Source: Octopus vulgaris (Eukaryota). Taken from it: a stretch of DNA of 64,000 bases. The stretch lies in assembly GCA_951406725.2 (NCBI GenBank), contig OX597821.1, positions 60,574,001 to 60,638,000 of the forward strand, in the 5' to 3' direction. This document shows positions 30,210 through 43,960 of this stretch, piece by piece (position 1 is the stretch's first letter; each line of letters starts with the position of its first letter). The notes beneath the pieces are model-generated. The model was given only the letters and a program-made list of their open reading frames with translations. It was not told the origin of the DNA and searched no databases. The position numbers and the translations under genes are program-made.

Positions 30210-30357
30210 CACATGCATTATGAACTATGTATCTGAGTAGATGTTTTTGTCCTCTCTGTTGGTCTATATTTGTGTGTGTTTTAACAGTTTTCTGTAACAA
30301 TATTCAGTTCTATATCGTACACTATGAATGATACCCAATTTATTTTACTCTGTATAG

Positions 30358-30552
30358 ATCGTTGCAGAAACATGCCAGAGGGATCAGAACTCCGCGTGCC
30401 TGGCAAATGTAGACAATACTTGAGATGTTACAACGGAAAAGCAGTAGAGAAATGCTGCCAGTGGGGTTATTCTTTTAAACCAGGAAGAGGATGTCGCCGT
30501 GATTATGATTGTAAAGAAAAGTGTGATTCGCCACATCCAGTCGATCCAATAG
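30358..30552 (+). CDS. Exon M12: chitin-binding-like module (12-nt linker deletion)
   Basis: tag|AT...ATAG|gtaata, 195 nt, phase 1-1. Confidence 0.85.
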
Positions 30553-30988
30553 GTAATAACTTTAAATACACACACAGTGGAATTCCCTTTTCCTTCTTCC
30601 TTTTGTTTATATTGTATGCTCTTGTTTTTCATTCTGATGAAGATTTGTTGCCTTAATTCGAATGACCTATGAAGATGAAGGATTTTATTCTCGCATTTAT
30701 GTATAAACTGCATTCTGTAGGTAATCTGATTAGAAACATCTGTTAGCTTTGTATCAATATACAAGCTTTAAACATGGTATAATCGATGTGCTTGGTTTTC
30801 TCTATTTTCTAATGATATGCATTGGTTCCTGATAAACCTTTCTTTATCCTTTTGTCACTTGCGCTCGACGTATATGGTGCCCCTTCACACCATTGCCCGG
30901 TTATAACACAGGTAACAGATACTGATAGTATATACGGATACTTTATTTCGTAGTCAGTTGCTACAACCACTAAATCTCCCTCTCTGTG

Positions 30989-31040
<52 letters not shown>

Positions 31041-31258
31041 ACTAATGTAGAATCAAATTTTTTTGGAAAATAAATATTATCAATGGCCAGCATATAAAAA
31101 ATACCTTTAAAGGTTAAATTTATAAATAACTTATAAAATAAGGGCAAAAGAAAAATTCTAATGCCAAATATGCCGAAAAAAGACAAAGTTGTCAATAACC
31201 ATTATAATTCATGCGTCTCGAAACAAGCCGATAGAAATTTCTAAAAAATTCCGTTATT

Positions 31259-31313
31259 ACCGTATTGGTCCCAATTCGGGGTTAATTCATAAGAATTTCC
31301 CCTCCTCAGCGAT
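31259..31313 (-). ncRNA. Hammerhead motif, degenerate (one A of GAAA missing)
   Basis: ATCG-CTGAGGA-GGGG...CCCC-GAA-TTGGGACCAA-TA-CGGT. Confidence 0.5.
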
Positions 31314-31721
31314 AAATACGTAAGACATAAATGAAATACTTACTCATACCCATGGAAAAAGCAAGCACTAAGTCCTGAGCAGACCTAAGTACCCCAAATA
31401 TATCCAAAATAGAAAATCTTCAGCACATCTCGAGAAACGTGTGATTCGAACTAGAAACTTTCACAAAGTGAGAGAATCCGGAAGTGAACACTATTCAATT
31501 TACAACTAATGTTGGATAAAATTGTTTTCGAAAAAAAATTGTATCTATGGCCAGCATATCAAAAATACCTTTAAAGGTTAAATTTATAAATAACTTATAA
31601 AATAAGGGCAAAAGAAAAATTATAATGCCAAATATGCCGAAAAAAGTCAAAATTGTCAATAACCATTATAATTTATGCGTCTCGAAACAACTGATAGAAA
31701 TTTCTAAACAATTCCGTTATT

Positions 31722-31778
31722 ACCGTATTGGTCCCAATTTCAGGGTTAATTCATAAGAATTTTTCCCTCCTCAGCGAT
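31722..31778 (-). ncRNA. Type I hammerhead ribozyme motif in tandem repeat unit
   Basis: ATCG-CTGAGGA-GGG...CCCT-GAAA-TTGGGACCAA-TA-CGGT. Confidence 0.65.
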
Positions 31779-33137
31779 AAATACGTAAGACATAAATGAA
31801 ATACTCTGGATATATTAAAGTTGTGATGCTAAATATATTATATATATACTCTTTACCAACCCTGTGTCAACGGAAACCCGTTCGTCGTGATGTCGTAATC
31901 CAGTTTATTTTACACTAAAAATGGGAAACAGCAATCGATAGCAATTTATTGATGTTTTGGTGAAAGGGCCAAAACTGCAGTTAGAACATAAGTGTATAGA
32001 GAGCCTACATTACATGAAATATGAATATCATAATCCACACAATGTTAACAAAAGAATTATTAAATACTTATAACATAGAATAAAACGAATTTACATGTAT
32101 GCTATATACCAGCTAATATTCAAGAAAGGCATCCATAAGAACCCAAACATTTGCTAAAAGTCTTATTAAAGAGATACTGGAAAGTCCGTAAAGGTCGTAG
32201 GAGAGGAACATAGAAAATCTTAATGAGACAAGAAATAGCTAAGTCAGGAATAGGTGAACATATATACTGAACGAAAAGGAAATTATATATGTATGTTGAA
32301 TCTTAGTGAAATGAAACAAACAGCAGATATTGAGTTTGCTGAGAACCAAGGCAGTAAGTTGACGTTGATATCAGCTCAGTATGCCTGCATGCATTGTAGA
32401 ATAAATTAATCAAAATTATGTCGTTATTCGTTCGTGCATCAGTGGCCAAGAGCATAAAAGCGTTGCTATTCATGATATAATGTTTCTATTTCAAATAGAT
32501 TCCTGTACTATTTGAATGAATTGAGTCGATTTGGTGAAACTGCTTGGATGTAGAAGATTTGGTACAGCTGACTGGATTTGCAGCTTGTTTTGGCAACTGT
32601 ACTTTTTGGCACTAGAGGCAAATACACACATGCACACACACAGACTCACGCACACACACACACAGACATGCACACACAGACACACACACTGACTTACACA
32701 TACATTAACACACACGCGCGCAGTAATATGCCCATTAAGACAGATTAATGAAAGAGAAAGAGAGAGGGTGAAAGAAGGAGGGAGTGAAGGAGAGAGGGTG
32801 AAAAAAGGAGGGAGTGAAGGAGTGAGGGAGAGATGGAGAGAGAAATATATTACAGTTTATTAATTGAACACGATAGACATATACACTTTCCCCCTCTCTT
32901 GATACACATACAGAAAAATATGAGAGAGAAAGAGAAAGGAACAGAAAGAAAGACAGATGGAGAGAGAGAAAGGGAGAAAGATAGAAAGGGAAAGAGGGAC
33001 AGAACAGATTGACTTACCTGAAGCTGTACATTCCCTTGTGACCTCACAGAGAACATTAGTAAGGAGTGTTTGATACCAAAAACACGGATAGGAAACAACG
33101 ATACTAAACAAATATACCTAAATAGTGCATTACTTTT

Positions 33138-33749
33138 GAAGACGGCGAGCTGGCGGAAACGTTAGCGCGCCGGGTAAAGTGCTTTGCGGTATTTCGTCTG
33201 CCGTTACGTTCTGACTTCAAATTCCGCCGAGGTCGACTTTGCCTTTCATCCTTTCGGGGTCGATAAATTAAGTACCAGTTACGCACTGGGGTCGATATAA
33301 TCGACTTAATCCGTTTGTTTGCCCTTGTTTGTCCTCTCTGTGTTTAGCCCCTTGTGGGTAGTAAAAAAATAGGTATTTCATCTGTCGTTACGTTCTGAGT
33401 TCAAATTCCGCCGTGGTCGATATTGGCTTTCATCCTTTCGGGGTCGATAAATTAAGTACCAGTTACGCACTGGGGTCAATGTAATCGACTTAATCCCTTT
33501 GACTGTCCTTGTTTGTCCCCTCTATGTTTGACTACTTGTGGGCAATAAAGAAATAAGAAATTTAGCACGACAAAATGCTTAGTGGTATTTCGTCTGCCGT
33601 TACGTTCTGAGTTCAAATCCCACCAAGTCGACTTTTCCTTTCATCCTTTCGGGGTCGATAAATTGAGTACCAGTTGTGTACTGGGGTCGATCTAATCGAC
33701 GTACCCCTGCCCCCAAATTTCGGGCCTTGTGCCTAGAGTAGAAAAGTAT
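33138..33749 (+). mobile_element. Trimeric tRNA-derived SINE with 16-bp TSD
   Basis: Three tandem GTTCAAAT...GTCGAC..CATCCTTTCGGGGTCGATAAATT units; ATAGTGCATTACTTTT at 33122-33137 and 33750-33765. Confidence 0.8.
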
Positions 33750-34486
33750 ATAGTGCATTACTTTTTAAATATTTTAGTAGTGTCAACATCGCCAGCTAGA
33801 ATCGGTAGACTGTCGGATTGGCGGAGTCGTTAAGGCTTCGGGCAAAATGCTTAATGGCATTACTTCCGGTTTTACGTTCTGAGTTCGAGGTCGACTTTGT
33901 CTTTCATCCTTTCGAGGTCGAGCACTGCAGTCCATATAATCGACTATCCGCTTCTCCCTAGTAAAATTCAGGCCTTGCGCCTATAGTAGAAAAAAATTAT
34001 TATGGCAGCAAGCTTGTATAATAGTTAACAAAGTCGGAGAAAATGCTTAATCACACTTATTTTGGCTATTCACGTTCTGAGTTCAAATTCCGCTGAGGTC
34101 ACTTTTGGTTTTCCCCGTTTCGGGGACGATATAATAGTCAAGTACTGGGATCGATGTAACCGATTAATTCCGTCTCACTTGAAATTGCTGGTGTTAAGTC
34201 AAAACGAGAAATAATTCTTTTATAATTAATTAAAAAATTAAATCAGGCAGATTTCGACAAATTGGATTAAATGCATCTAAATAGTTGGTTATCTCCCTTT
34301 ACTTAGTGAGTCCAGGTCATATAAAGGTTGGCTTTAGCTTTCGTTTCTTTCTGGTCGGTAAAGTACTTGCAAATCACACAAGATACAATCTATTATTTCA
34401 TACATTTATAGCCTTTTACATATGAAGCAAATCATTAAATATATTTACAACAAATTAAAATATATTTCTATATTTTATTTCAAAAG

Positions 34487-34672
34487 ATCGTTGTAGACAT
34501 TTGCCAGACCATTCGACGTTCCCAATGGAAGGTAGATGTAGAACGTACTGGAAGTGTTACAACAGAAAACCGAGAGCGAGCTGCTGTTTAGAAGGTTATT
34601 CGTTCCTAGAAGGGAAAGGATGTCAACGAAATTATCTTTGTCGAGAAAGTTGCACACCATCACCAGCAGGGG
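34487..34672 (+). CDS. Exon M13: divergent chitin-binding-like module (absent from ORF track)
   Basis: caaaag|AT...GGGG|gtatat, 186 nt; DRCRHLPDHSTFPMEGRCRTYWKCYNRKPRASCCLEGYSFLEGKGCQRNYLCRESCTPSPAG; all 8 Cys kept. Confidence 0.8.
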
Positions 34673-34720
34673 GTATATAATCTGTCTGTCTGTCCGTCCG
34701 TCTGTCTGTCTGTCTGTCTA

Positions 34721-34819
<99 letters not shown>

Positions 34820-34889
34820 GTCTTATCTATGTAATTTTCTCTCAATACACACGTAAACACATCTACACAAACACATACACATGTATATG

Positions 34890-34921
<32 letters not shown>

Positions 34922-34925
<4 letters not shown>

Positions 34926-35245
34926 CGCAGGCGTGGCTGTGTGGTAAGAAGCTTGCTTCCCAACCACATGGTTCCTGGTTTGGTCCCACTGCTTGGCATC
35001 TTGGGCAAGTGTCTTTCGCTATAACCTCGACCTGACCAAAGCCTCGTGAAATCACTTGAAACCACCACTTGAAAATCAATATTGGTGTGTTTACGTCCTC
35101 GTCACTTAGCGGTTCGGCAAAAGAGACCGATGGAATAAGTACTAGGCTTACTAAGAATAAGTCCTGAGGTCGATTTCTTCGACTAAAACCCTTTACGGCG
35201 GTGTTACAGCATGACTGCAGTCATATGAATGAAAAAGTAAAAACA
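34922..35245 (+). mobile_element. tRNA-derived SINE
   Basis: GGCTGTGTGGTAAG head, TTGGGCAAGT, shared 3' tail. Confidence 0.75.
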
Positions 35246-35263
35246 AACAAACATACATACACG

Positions 35264-35326
<63 letters not shown>

Positions 35327-35536
35327 GAATGTTCCCTGTGTTGTTTGTCTTGTACTCTGTTTTTCGTTGTTAGAAAAAGTCCGTTTCTTTGTTTGGTTTA
35401 TGTTTTCGTTTCTCGTTGTGTTCTACGTTTATTTGTGGTGTCCTGTACTCATATATGCATGTATATATACATATAGATGTAGGTATGTACATATATGTAT
35501 GTATGTATGCATATGTTTTATTTATTAAATTGTTAT

Positions 35537-35612
<76 letters not shown>

Positions 35613-35787
35613 GTATATAGACGTCTGAAAGGTAAATAGATACCTGCCAAGAAGCTTGCTTCCCAACTACATGGTTCCGAGTTCAGTCCCACTGCGTGAA
35701 ACTTTCAGCGAGTGGCTTCTGCAATTGCTGCGGGCCACCGAAGCCTTGTGAATGGATTTGGCCGACGGAAACGATAAGAAGCCTGTC

Positions 35788-35854
<67 letters not shown>

Positions 35855-36579
35855 AGAGTTACGGAATGGAGTAGGAAAGATCCGGGGTACATATGTTTCA
35901 TGGCGAGCAGAACCCCAGAAGTGGTAAATATCCAAGAGAGGTGTATACCACCGGCTATTCTTCAGGCCAAGGATATCTTGATTAGATTAAAGGTTACATT
36001 GTTGCAAAGAAGTACATGTTGACGCCAGGAAAATATGTATAAATCCTGGGATCGGTTTGTTCGACTTAAAGCCCTTCAAGGCAGTGCTTCAGTGAGACGA
36101 CTGAAACAAGCAAAAGAATAAAAGAATATATGATTCGAATAAAGTGTTCAAAGAAGTCACCAAATGTAGAACCCTTGTGGGTGGTGAAATGTATGGTTTT
36201 GGAAGATCCTAACATGTTGCTAGGAATAAAAAGTTTTTCAAAGGAAGATTGTGTTGTGGTAGGCTTGAAGATTTTGTCTTAGGTGAGACCTGAGACAGGG
36301 AGCAAAATGCACGACCCAATAGAGGTCCTAGGAGGGCAGAATTTACATGTGTTAGTAGAAGTAGAATGCCTTGATTTTGATCACCTCAAGGATTTCTGCT
36401 GTTTCCAGCATCAACAGAAAATGACAATTGGAAGAAGGTTTCCACCACAACCAGCACCTGTTCATTACATTCTGTGTTCAAATTCCGTCGAGGTCGACTT
36501 TGCCTTTCATCCTTTCGGGGTCGAGAACATAAAAACCTGTCAACAAGCACTCTCTTCCAAATTTGGTGCTTAAAGTAGA

Positions 36580-36615
<36 letters not shown>

Positions 36616-36701
36616 CTTCTTCTTCTTCTTCTTCTTCTTCTTCTTCTCTTCTTCTTCTTCTTCTTCTTCTTCTTCTTCTTCTTCTTCTTCTTCTTCTTCT
36701 T

Positions 36702-36732
<31 letters not shown>

Positions 36733-37030
36733 AGGCGGTGAGCTGGCAGAATCGTTAGCACGTCGGATGAAATTCTTAGCAGTATTTCGTCCATCTTTAC
36801 TGATGGAAGCCTTCTTTCAGCTTTCGTTTTCTGTCGATGTTGGAAGAAGCAGAAATCTTTGAGGTGATTAACATCGAGGCATTCTACTTCTACTAACACA
36901 AATTCTGCCGAGGTCAACTTTGCTTTTCATCATTTTGGGTCGATAAATTAAGTACCAGTGAAACACCGGGGTCGATGTAATCGACTATCCCATCCCCTAA
37001 ATTTCAGGCCTTGTGCCTATAGTAGAAAGG

Positions 37031-37074
<44 letters not shown>

Positions 37075-37157
37075 TAATAATAATGATAATAATAATAATA
37101 ATGATAATGATGATAATAATAATAATAATAATGATAATGTTAATAATAATAATAATG

Positions 37158-37221
<64 letters not shown>

Positions 37222-37232
37222 TGATGATGATG

Positions 37233-37294
<62 letters not shown>

Positions 37295-37298
<4 letters not shown>

Positions 37299-37845
37299 GC
37301 CCTGATGCAGTACCAGGCAATGGCTCTCATGGCTTCTGATCTTAACTGATTGGAAATGTCATGTACATTGTTTTGTCTTGGTATAAAAGATGAACTACAG
37401 CAAATATTCTGCTCAATACCACAGATTTGCTTGTCAGTTGTTTGACCTTAACCAGTTGACCATGTCCCTTAGTGGCTATCGACATGTGCATCTCTGATCA
37501 TGAGCAGAAGTAGTGGGGCAGCATCATAGCCGTGTGTTGAAAGGAATTCTTGGAAGTTTGGATAATTTACCTTACAGGGGTGATTCGTTCAACATCCTAA
37601 AACAATCTTTATTCAGGGACCTTTTGAGCGGGATGGGCTACTCAACAAGAATAAAATTCTAACTGGGCCCCACCTGCAAGGTCATGCGTTGTTTCTTGAT
37701 ATGAAATCACCATGTCGTGCACATATGGTTGTGATGCATGTGCCTGGTGTATCCTTATCAGATGGGTAGTCATGATGGGTATACTGGGCTTCGTATATTT
37801 TTACCCCAGTGTCACTTTGATGGCATGCACTGCTCTCTAACTCAA
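37295..37845. mobile_element. Short interspersed element inside (TAA)n; second copy begins at 63868
   Basis: AATGCCCTGATGCAGTACCAG... repeated at the window end, both next to trinucleotide tracts. Confidence 0.55.
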
Positions 37846-37858
37846 TAATAATAATAAT

Positions 37859-37926
<68 letters not shown>

Positions 37927-38169
37927 TGATGATGATAAATAAATGGTTTAAGTTAGAACTGGAAAAATTGGAGTCACTACTCTCAAGATGTTTTGTCACA
38001 TCCCGTTACCGCACAAGTTGAAATCCCACCTGAGCCGACTAGTAAAGTATTCGCAATCTACAGTCATCAATTCTGCCAATTACACACACTTTAATATGTC
38101 TTTTTCATTTTTATTTTACACATACAACAAATCATTGTAAATATATTTCTTTATTTTTACATTCCAAAG

Positions 38170-38349
38170 AACTTTGTAAATATATGCCTGACAATTCCGA
38201 GCTGCCTATAAATGGTAATTGTAGAATATACTGGAAGTGTTACAACGGAAAGGCAACAGTGAGCTGCTGTCCAGAAGGTTATTCATTTCAAGAAGGGAAA
38301 GGTTGTCGTCGAGATTACCTTTGTGTTGAAACCTGTGACTCATCACATG
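38170..38349 (+). CDS. Exon M14: divergent chitin-binding-like module (absent from ORF track)
   Basis: ccaaag|AA...CATG|gtgtgt, 180 nt; ELCKYMPDNSELPINGNCRIYWKCYNGKATVSCCPEGYSFQEGKGCRRDYLCVETCDSSH. Confidence 0.8.
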
Positions 38350-38855
38350 GTGTGTAAATTTTAGCATATATATATATAAATACATATTCTGGCAATCTGA
38401 AGAGCTAACTTTCTATATCTGCATTGATTTGTATGTAATTATAGTACTGTATTGTGCAATGTGTAGCACGCGTATTGGTGCAGATATGTAAAATAATTTA
38501 TTATACAATGAAAACATTTTAACAGGCCGAAGGCTATGAAACGGCCGTAATCCTCCTGGATAGTAGATATTCTATCAATCTAAGGGGCGATTTTATTTTG
38601 TGTTTTTTCTTCTGCCCAAATTTTATTCCAAAATTCCTGCACTTTTTTTGATGGACAGACTCTACTGTAATTGGTAGTTTCCCTATCTTCCTGCAAAGAA
38701 TCTAACGCGTTTCCATGGTGGAAAAAAATACAGGCAGGGTTAGATATGCTTTCGAAGGAAATTTCTGTGTTAGACTGAAAAGAGAAAGAGGAGTTTAAAA
38801 GCGAACAAAAATACAGGGGGCTGAAAAGGAAGTATAATATAAAGTAAGGGCCTGG

Positions 38856-39245
38856 AAGTGGTAATGGAAGAACTGAAACAGCGCTTCGTTGCAAAGAAAG
38901 CAAAGATGGTTAGATACGATAAAAAATTGAAGGGTTATCACCAGAATAGATTATTCAGAGTAGATCAGAAGAGATTCTATAAAGAAAAAAATGGAGAGTG
39001 TACAGATGAAAAGTTGATACCAGATGACAATGAAAGTCAAAGGTTTTTGAGTGACATCTGGAGCAAAGACAAGGAGCACAAGAAGGATGCTGAATGGTTG
39101 CAAGAACTGAAACAAACAGTAGTTTGTCCATAGCAGGCAGAACTAGTCATTACAATTAAGAAAATGAAGGAAATCAGCAAAAAATGAGCAACTGGTAGGC
39201 CCGGGACCAGATGGAGTTCAAGGCCACTGGATTGAAAGATGTGGT
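38856..39245 (+). mobile_element. R4/Dong-like non-LTR retrotransposon pre-RT fragment
   Basis: EELKQR...RY....YHQNRLFRVDQKRFY...W...H...AEWL; then K.PGPDGVQG-like motif. Confidence 0.65.
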
Positions 39246-39378
39246 GAATGTTGGGCAGCCAGAAACAACATGATCAATTGTCTCTGTGAATTTTCTGCAA
39301 ATTCTGCACGAGTGGTCAGATCCATTTTTAAGGATATTTGCATGGTAGTTTCTAGTCGGTAAGCTCTGATCTTGCGCT

Positions 39379-39444
<66 letters not shown>

Positions 39445-39529
39445 TATTATATGAAAACTCAAAGCTTATTTTGCTGGGTATGCTGTAAAGTGTCAGCTGT
39501 CCACGGCGAACAAACTTAGGTGACACTCG

Positions 39530-40127
<598 letters not shown>

Positions 40128-40323
40128 GTTACAGATATTTTTAGTTACTGTCCATTACGTTTCGGATCGAATTTCGTAGGGGCAGATTTAAATCTCCTTT
40201 TTATCTGTGGTTGAAAAAGTACTAGAGATCAATTCTTCCTGGCATGTTTGCGGCCATTTGCATATGTAACTATTGCATTGTATGTAGCTATAATAATATA
40301 TTTTTCTATTTCACTTTCCTTAG

Positions 40324-40521
40324 ATAATTGCAGATATTTACCAGACCGTACTGAGCTTCCCATGCCGGGCAAATGTAGAGCATACTGGAGGTGCAACAAT
40401 AGAAAGTCAATACCGAGATGCTGCCCAGAAGGATTTTCATTCCAAGAACATAGAGGATGTCGGCGAGATAGATTTTGCCACGAAAGATGCATCTTCTCAA
40501 CCCCACAGCCTCCACCTCATT
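40324..40521 (+). CDS. Exon M15: divergent chitin-binding-like module
   Basis: ccttag|AT...CATT|gtatgt, 198 nt; DNCRYLPDRTELPMPGKCRAYWRCNNRKSIPRCCPEGFSFQEHRGCRRDRFCHERC. Confidence 0.85.
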
Positions 40522-40574
40522 GTATGTAATCTTTAAACTTATGATATATGTATATATATATATATATATATTTT

Positions 40575-40975
40575 TTTTTTACTTGTTTCAGTCATTTGAC
40601 TGTGGCCATGCTGAATCACCGCCTTTAATCGAGCAACTCGACCCCGGGACTTATTGTTTTGTAATCCCAGTACTTATTCTATCGGTCTCTTTTGCCGAAC
40701 CGCTACGTAACGGGGACATAAACACACCAGCATCGGTTTTCAAGCAATGCTAGGGGGACAAACACAGACACACAAACACACACACGCATATATATATATA
40801 TACATATATACGACGGGCTTCTTTCAGTTTCCGTCTACCAAATCCACTCACAAGGCTTTGGTCGGCCCGAGGCTATAGTAGAAGACACTTGCCCAAGGTG
40901 CCACGCAGTGGGACTGAACACGAAACCATGTGGTTGGTAAACAAGCTACTTACCACACAGCCACTCCTGCGCCTA
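40575..40975 (-). mobile_element. Full-length tRNA-derived SINE
   Basis: Reverse complement nearly identical to 42911-43315. Confidence 0.85.
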
Positions 40976-42398
40976 TATATATATGTATATATGTGTGTGT
41001 GTGTGGGTAGAAGTTAATATTAAAGTGATGGGTATGTTCCTAGTAGTACGCCGATAAAGCACGCAGAGTGAAGCTGCTTGGCACAGATTGACCTTGAACT
41101 CTGCTGGGCATGCGCACTAAGTTTTAACGTTCTAGCTCACTTCCGCTGTTTACATCAGTGCTTGGAAGGAAGGTTTGTAACGTGTGATCATCGCATTGAC
41201 CATGACAGTGAAAGTTGAGCAGACAATCTGGATCAAATTTTGCCAAAAGCTTGGAGATACCTGCTCAGAGGCCTAAGCAAAGTTTTCATAACGTTTTCAT
41301 CGTTCTCGACACAATCAAAGTGATCTTGTGCAACTGAAACCTGAGTGTCCTTTTGGTCAGCTGAAAGCAGTTTTGGCACAAACTTGGCAGACACGCGTCT
41401 CATACTCAAACTTTCACTTTATATCTCATAATTATGTTATATTACCACCGGTAACATATCTACTCGGTACCGGCATACCACTACCTACCGTAATACAGTG
41501 CATACAGTTGATACCTACTCGGCGTGTTTAAAACAAGTCGCAGGATGTCGTGTGCAGTTACCAGTATATGTCCATAATATGGCGTAGAGTTGTTAAGCTG
41601 GAGCAGCGATTCCCAAGTGTGTTCTGCAAAACTCCAGGGTTCCCTGAAGGTTAGGGGTTCCACGTTTTTAATAATAATGTCGAAGGATTCCACGGAAAAA
41701 AAGATAAAAAAATTGGGAAACACTGATCTAGAGGTTAGCCTAATGTTTTTAGGCTTACCGAAGTCATGCCTTCGTACGAATTCAGACAGTGGTGTTTACC
41801 AATAGTGCTGTCTGTGAAACACGTTTCTCACCATGTAAACAACGAGTGTATGACGCATGTGCTTATTGTGCTTGAAGATGTATGCAGGCTTGCAGCATAT
41901 CCTGTGTATACCTTTTAGTAATGGTAATATAGGACCCATCAACAGATGTATAGTGCTCGCTATTAAATGATGTTTTACTTTTAGCACCAAGTATTCCATT
42001 GCAAGCACCAGACATTCCACCTATAGAACAGGTTACAGTAAGGTAGCCACACAATTTTGTAACAGTGTTATTTCTTCGTACATGATAATACAGTATCTTG
42101 AGCCACAAATGTTGTCCTGTTGTTCGTGAAATACTAGTGTCGACTTTTATACGGAGTCATGGAAATTTCCCAATTCTTTGGCTAAAAATAGGGGGTCGAC
42201 TTTTACATGAGATCGACTATTACTCGAGTATATACCGTAAATAATTAAATATATAAATTTAAATCTAAATTTAATATAAATTTAATATAAATTTAAACTT
42301 GGTAGCATGTAACACAATTCCTTTGGTTTATTTCGTCTATGCCATTGATTTCAAAGTTTTCTCACATTCGCAAAATTTTCTTCATACAATTATTTCAG

Positions 42399-42751
42399 AT
42401 TGCCACCCTGAAGCCTCATATGACTTCAAAAAGTCCTTAAAGGACCAGTCCGGCAACAATGTGCATGCCAAATATCAAAATGTAAGACAAAGTCGCAGTG
42501 GGAAAATAAAATTTACCGGTTCTAGTAGAATAACCATCCAACATTTTGCTGGTCAAAGTTTCGGTACTCACTTGTTCATTGCACTGAAATTCAAAAAATA
42601 TAGATATGGACCTTGGAAACAAGTGCTTCTTACAAATTGTGCGTGTTGTACGTCTCAGAGACCGTCCATAAAAATTATTGTTACTCAACGGCGTATAAAA
42701 ATGAAACTTGTAACAAGCGATGGAAGAAGAGAGAAACTAAAGTTTAGACTG
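42399..42751 (+). CDS. Exon L1: laminin-G/concanavalin-A-like domain, N-terminal part
   Basis: tttcag|AT...CTG|gtttgt, phase 1-0; YCHPEASYDFKKSLKDQSGNNVH...KFTGSSRITI matches the LamG3 start motif (YxF..D.SGN...F.G). Confidence 0.8.
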
Positions 42752-42910
42752 GTTTGTATTTCACAGTTAACTACACGTTTCAATTCATAATCAAAGAGTT
42801 ATTTATGCCTTACAGATTAAAAGGTTTCTAGACATCGTTATAAATATTCTATGTAATCACATTTATACCGTATGTAATTACAATTATAATTATTAAAAAT
42901 TTCGTATAAT

Positions 42911-43330
42911 AGGCGCAGGAGTTGGCTGTGTGGTAAGTAGCTTGTTTACCAACCACATGGTTCCGGGTTCAGTCCCACTGCGTGGCACCTTGGGTAAGTG
43001 TCTTCTACTATAGCCTCGGGCCGACCAAAGCCTTGTGAGTGGATTTGGTAGACGGAAACTGAAAGAAGCCCGTCGTATATATGTATATATGTATATATGT
43101 GTGTGTGTGTTTGTGTGTCTGTGTTTGTCCCCCTAGCATTGCTTGACAACCGATGCTGGTGTGTATATGTCCCCGTTACTTAGCGGTTCGGCAAAAAGAG
43201 ACCGATAGAATAAGTACTGGGCTTACAAAACAATAAGTCCCGGGGTCGAGTTGCTCGATTAAAGGCGGTGCTCCAGCATGGCCGCAGTCAAATGACTGAA
43301 ACAAGTAAAAGAGTAAAAGAGTAAAAAGAG
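42911..43330 (+). mobile_element. Full-length tRNA-derived SINE
   Basis: GGCGCAGGAG.TGGCTGTGTGGTAAG...GGTTCAGTCCC, internal (TA)/(TG), (GTAAAAGA)n tail. Confidence 0.85.
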
Positions 43331-43559
43331 TATATATCTAGATTGTTAACAGTTGCCTCAGCCGGTGAGAGTAAATGAATAGTGAACAGTTTTATATTAA
43401 AACAAAATAGAATCGAAGGCATGAGTGAAGGGTTAAGACGTTTATCAACATTTAACTTTTAAAGTTGAAAATACTGAGTTGTACATATCTTATACAATAG
43501 ATTTGGGTTAATTCAATTTGAGTGAAAACAGATTGGAGGAAACTGCACAGAATATATAT

Positions 43560-43683
43560 AGCAGGAGTGGCTAGGTGGTAAGAAGCTTGTTTCTCAACCA
43601 CATAATTCCGGGTTCAATTCCAATGCGTCGCAGACGAAAGATTTGCGAATGGATTTGGTTGAAGGAAACTGAAAGAAGCCTGT

Positions 43684-43750
<67 letters not shown>

Positions 43751-43960
43751 TTGAGTGTCTGTGTTTGTCTCCCCCACCATCGTTTGACAATTGAGGTTGG
43801 CATGTTTGCGTCCCCGTAACTTAGCGTTTCGGCAAAAGAGCCTGATAGAATAAGTACCAGTCTTACAAAGAATAAGTCCTGGGGTCGATTTGTTCGAATA
43901 AAGGCGCTGCTCCAGCATGGTCGTAGTCAAATGACTGAAACAAGTAAAATAATAAAAGAA
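43560..43960 (+). mobile_element. tRNA-derived SINE (older copy)
   Basis: Same family as 42911, more diverged. Confidence 0.75.

Larger units (their letters stand above)
31040..31805 (-). mobile_element. Tandem ~463-bp hammerhead-bearing repeat (PLE pseudo-LTR / retrozyme-like)
   Basis: Direct repeat 31040-31500 / 31503-31805 starting at a (TA)n tract; relative at 26375-26740. Confidence 0.6.

Noticed and set aside
36348-36898. ~100-bp diverged inverted pair
   Set aside because: Many mismatches and associated with SINE fragments; most likely two old copies of a dispersed repeat.
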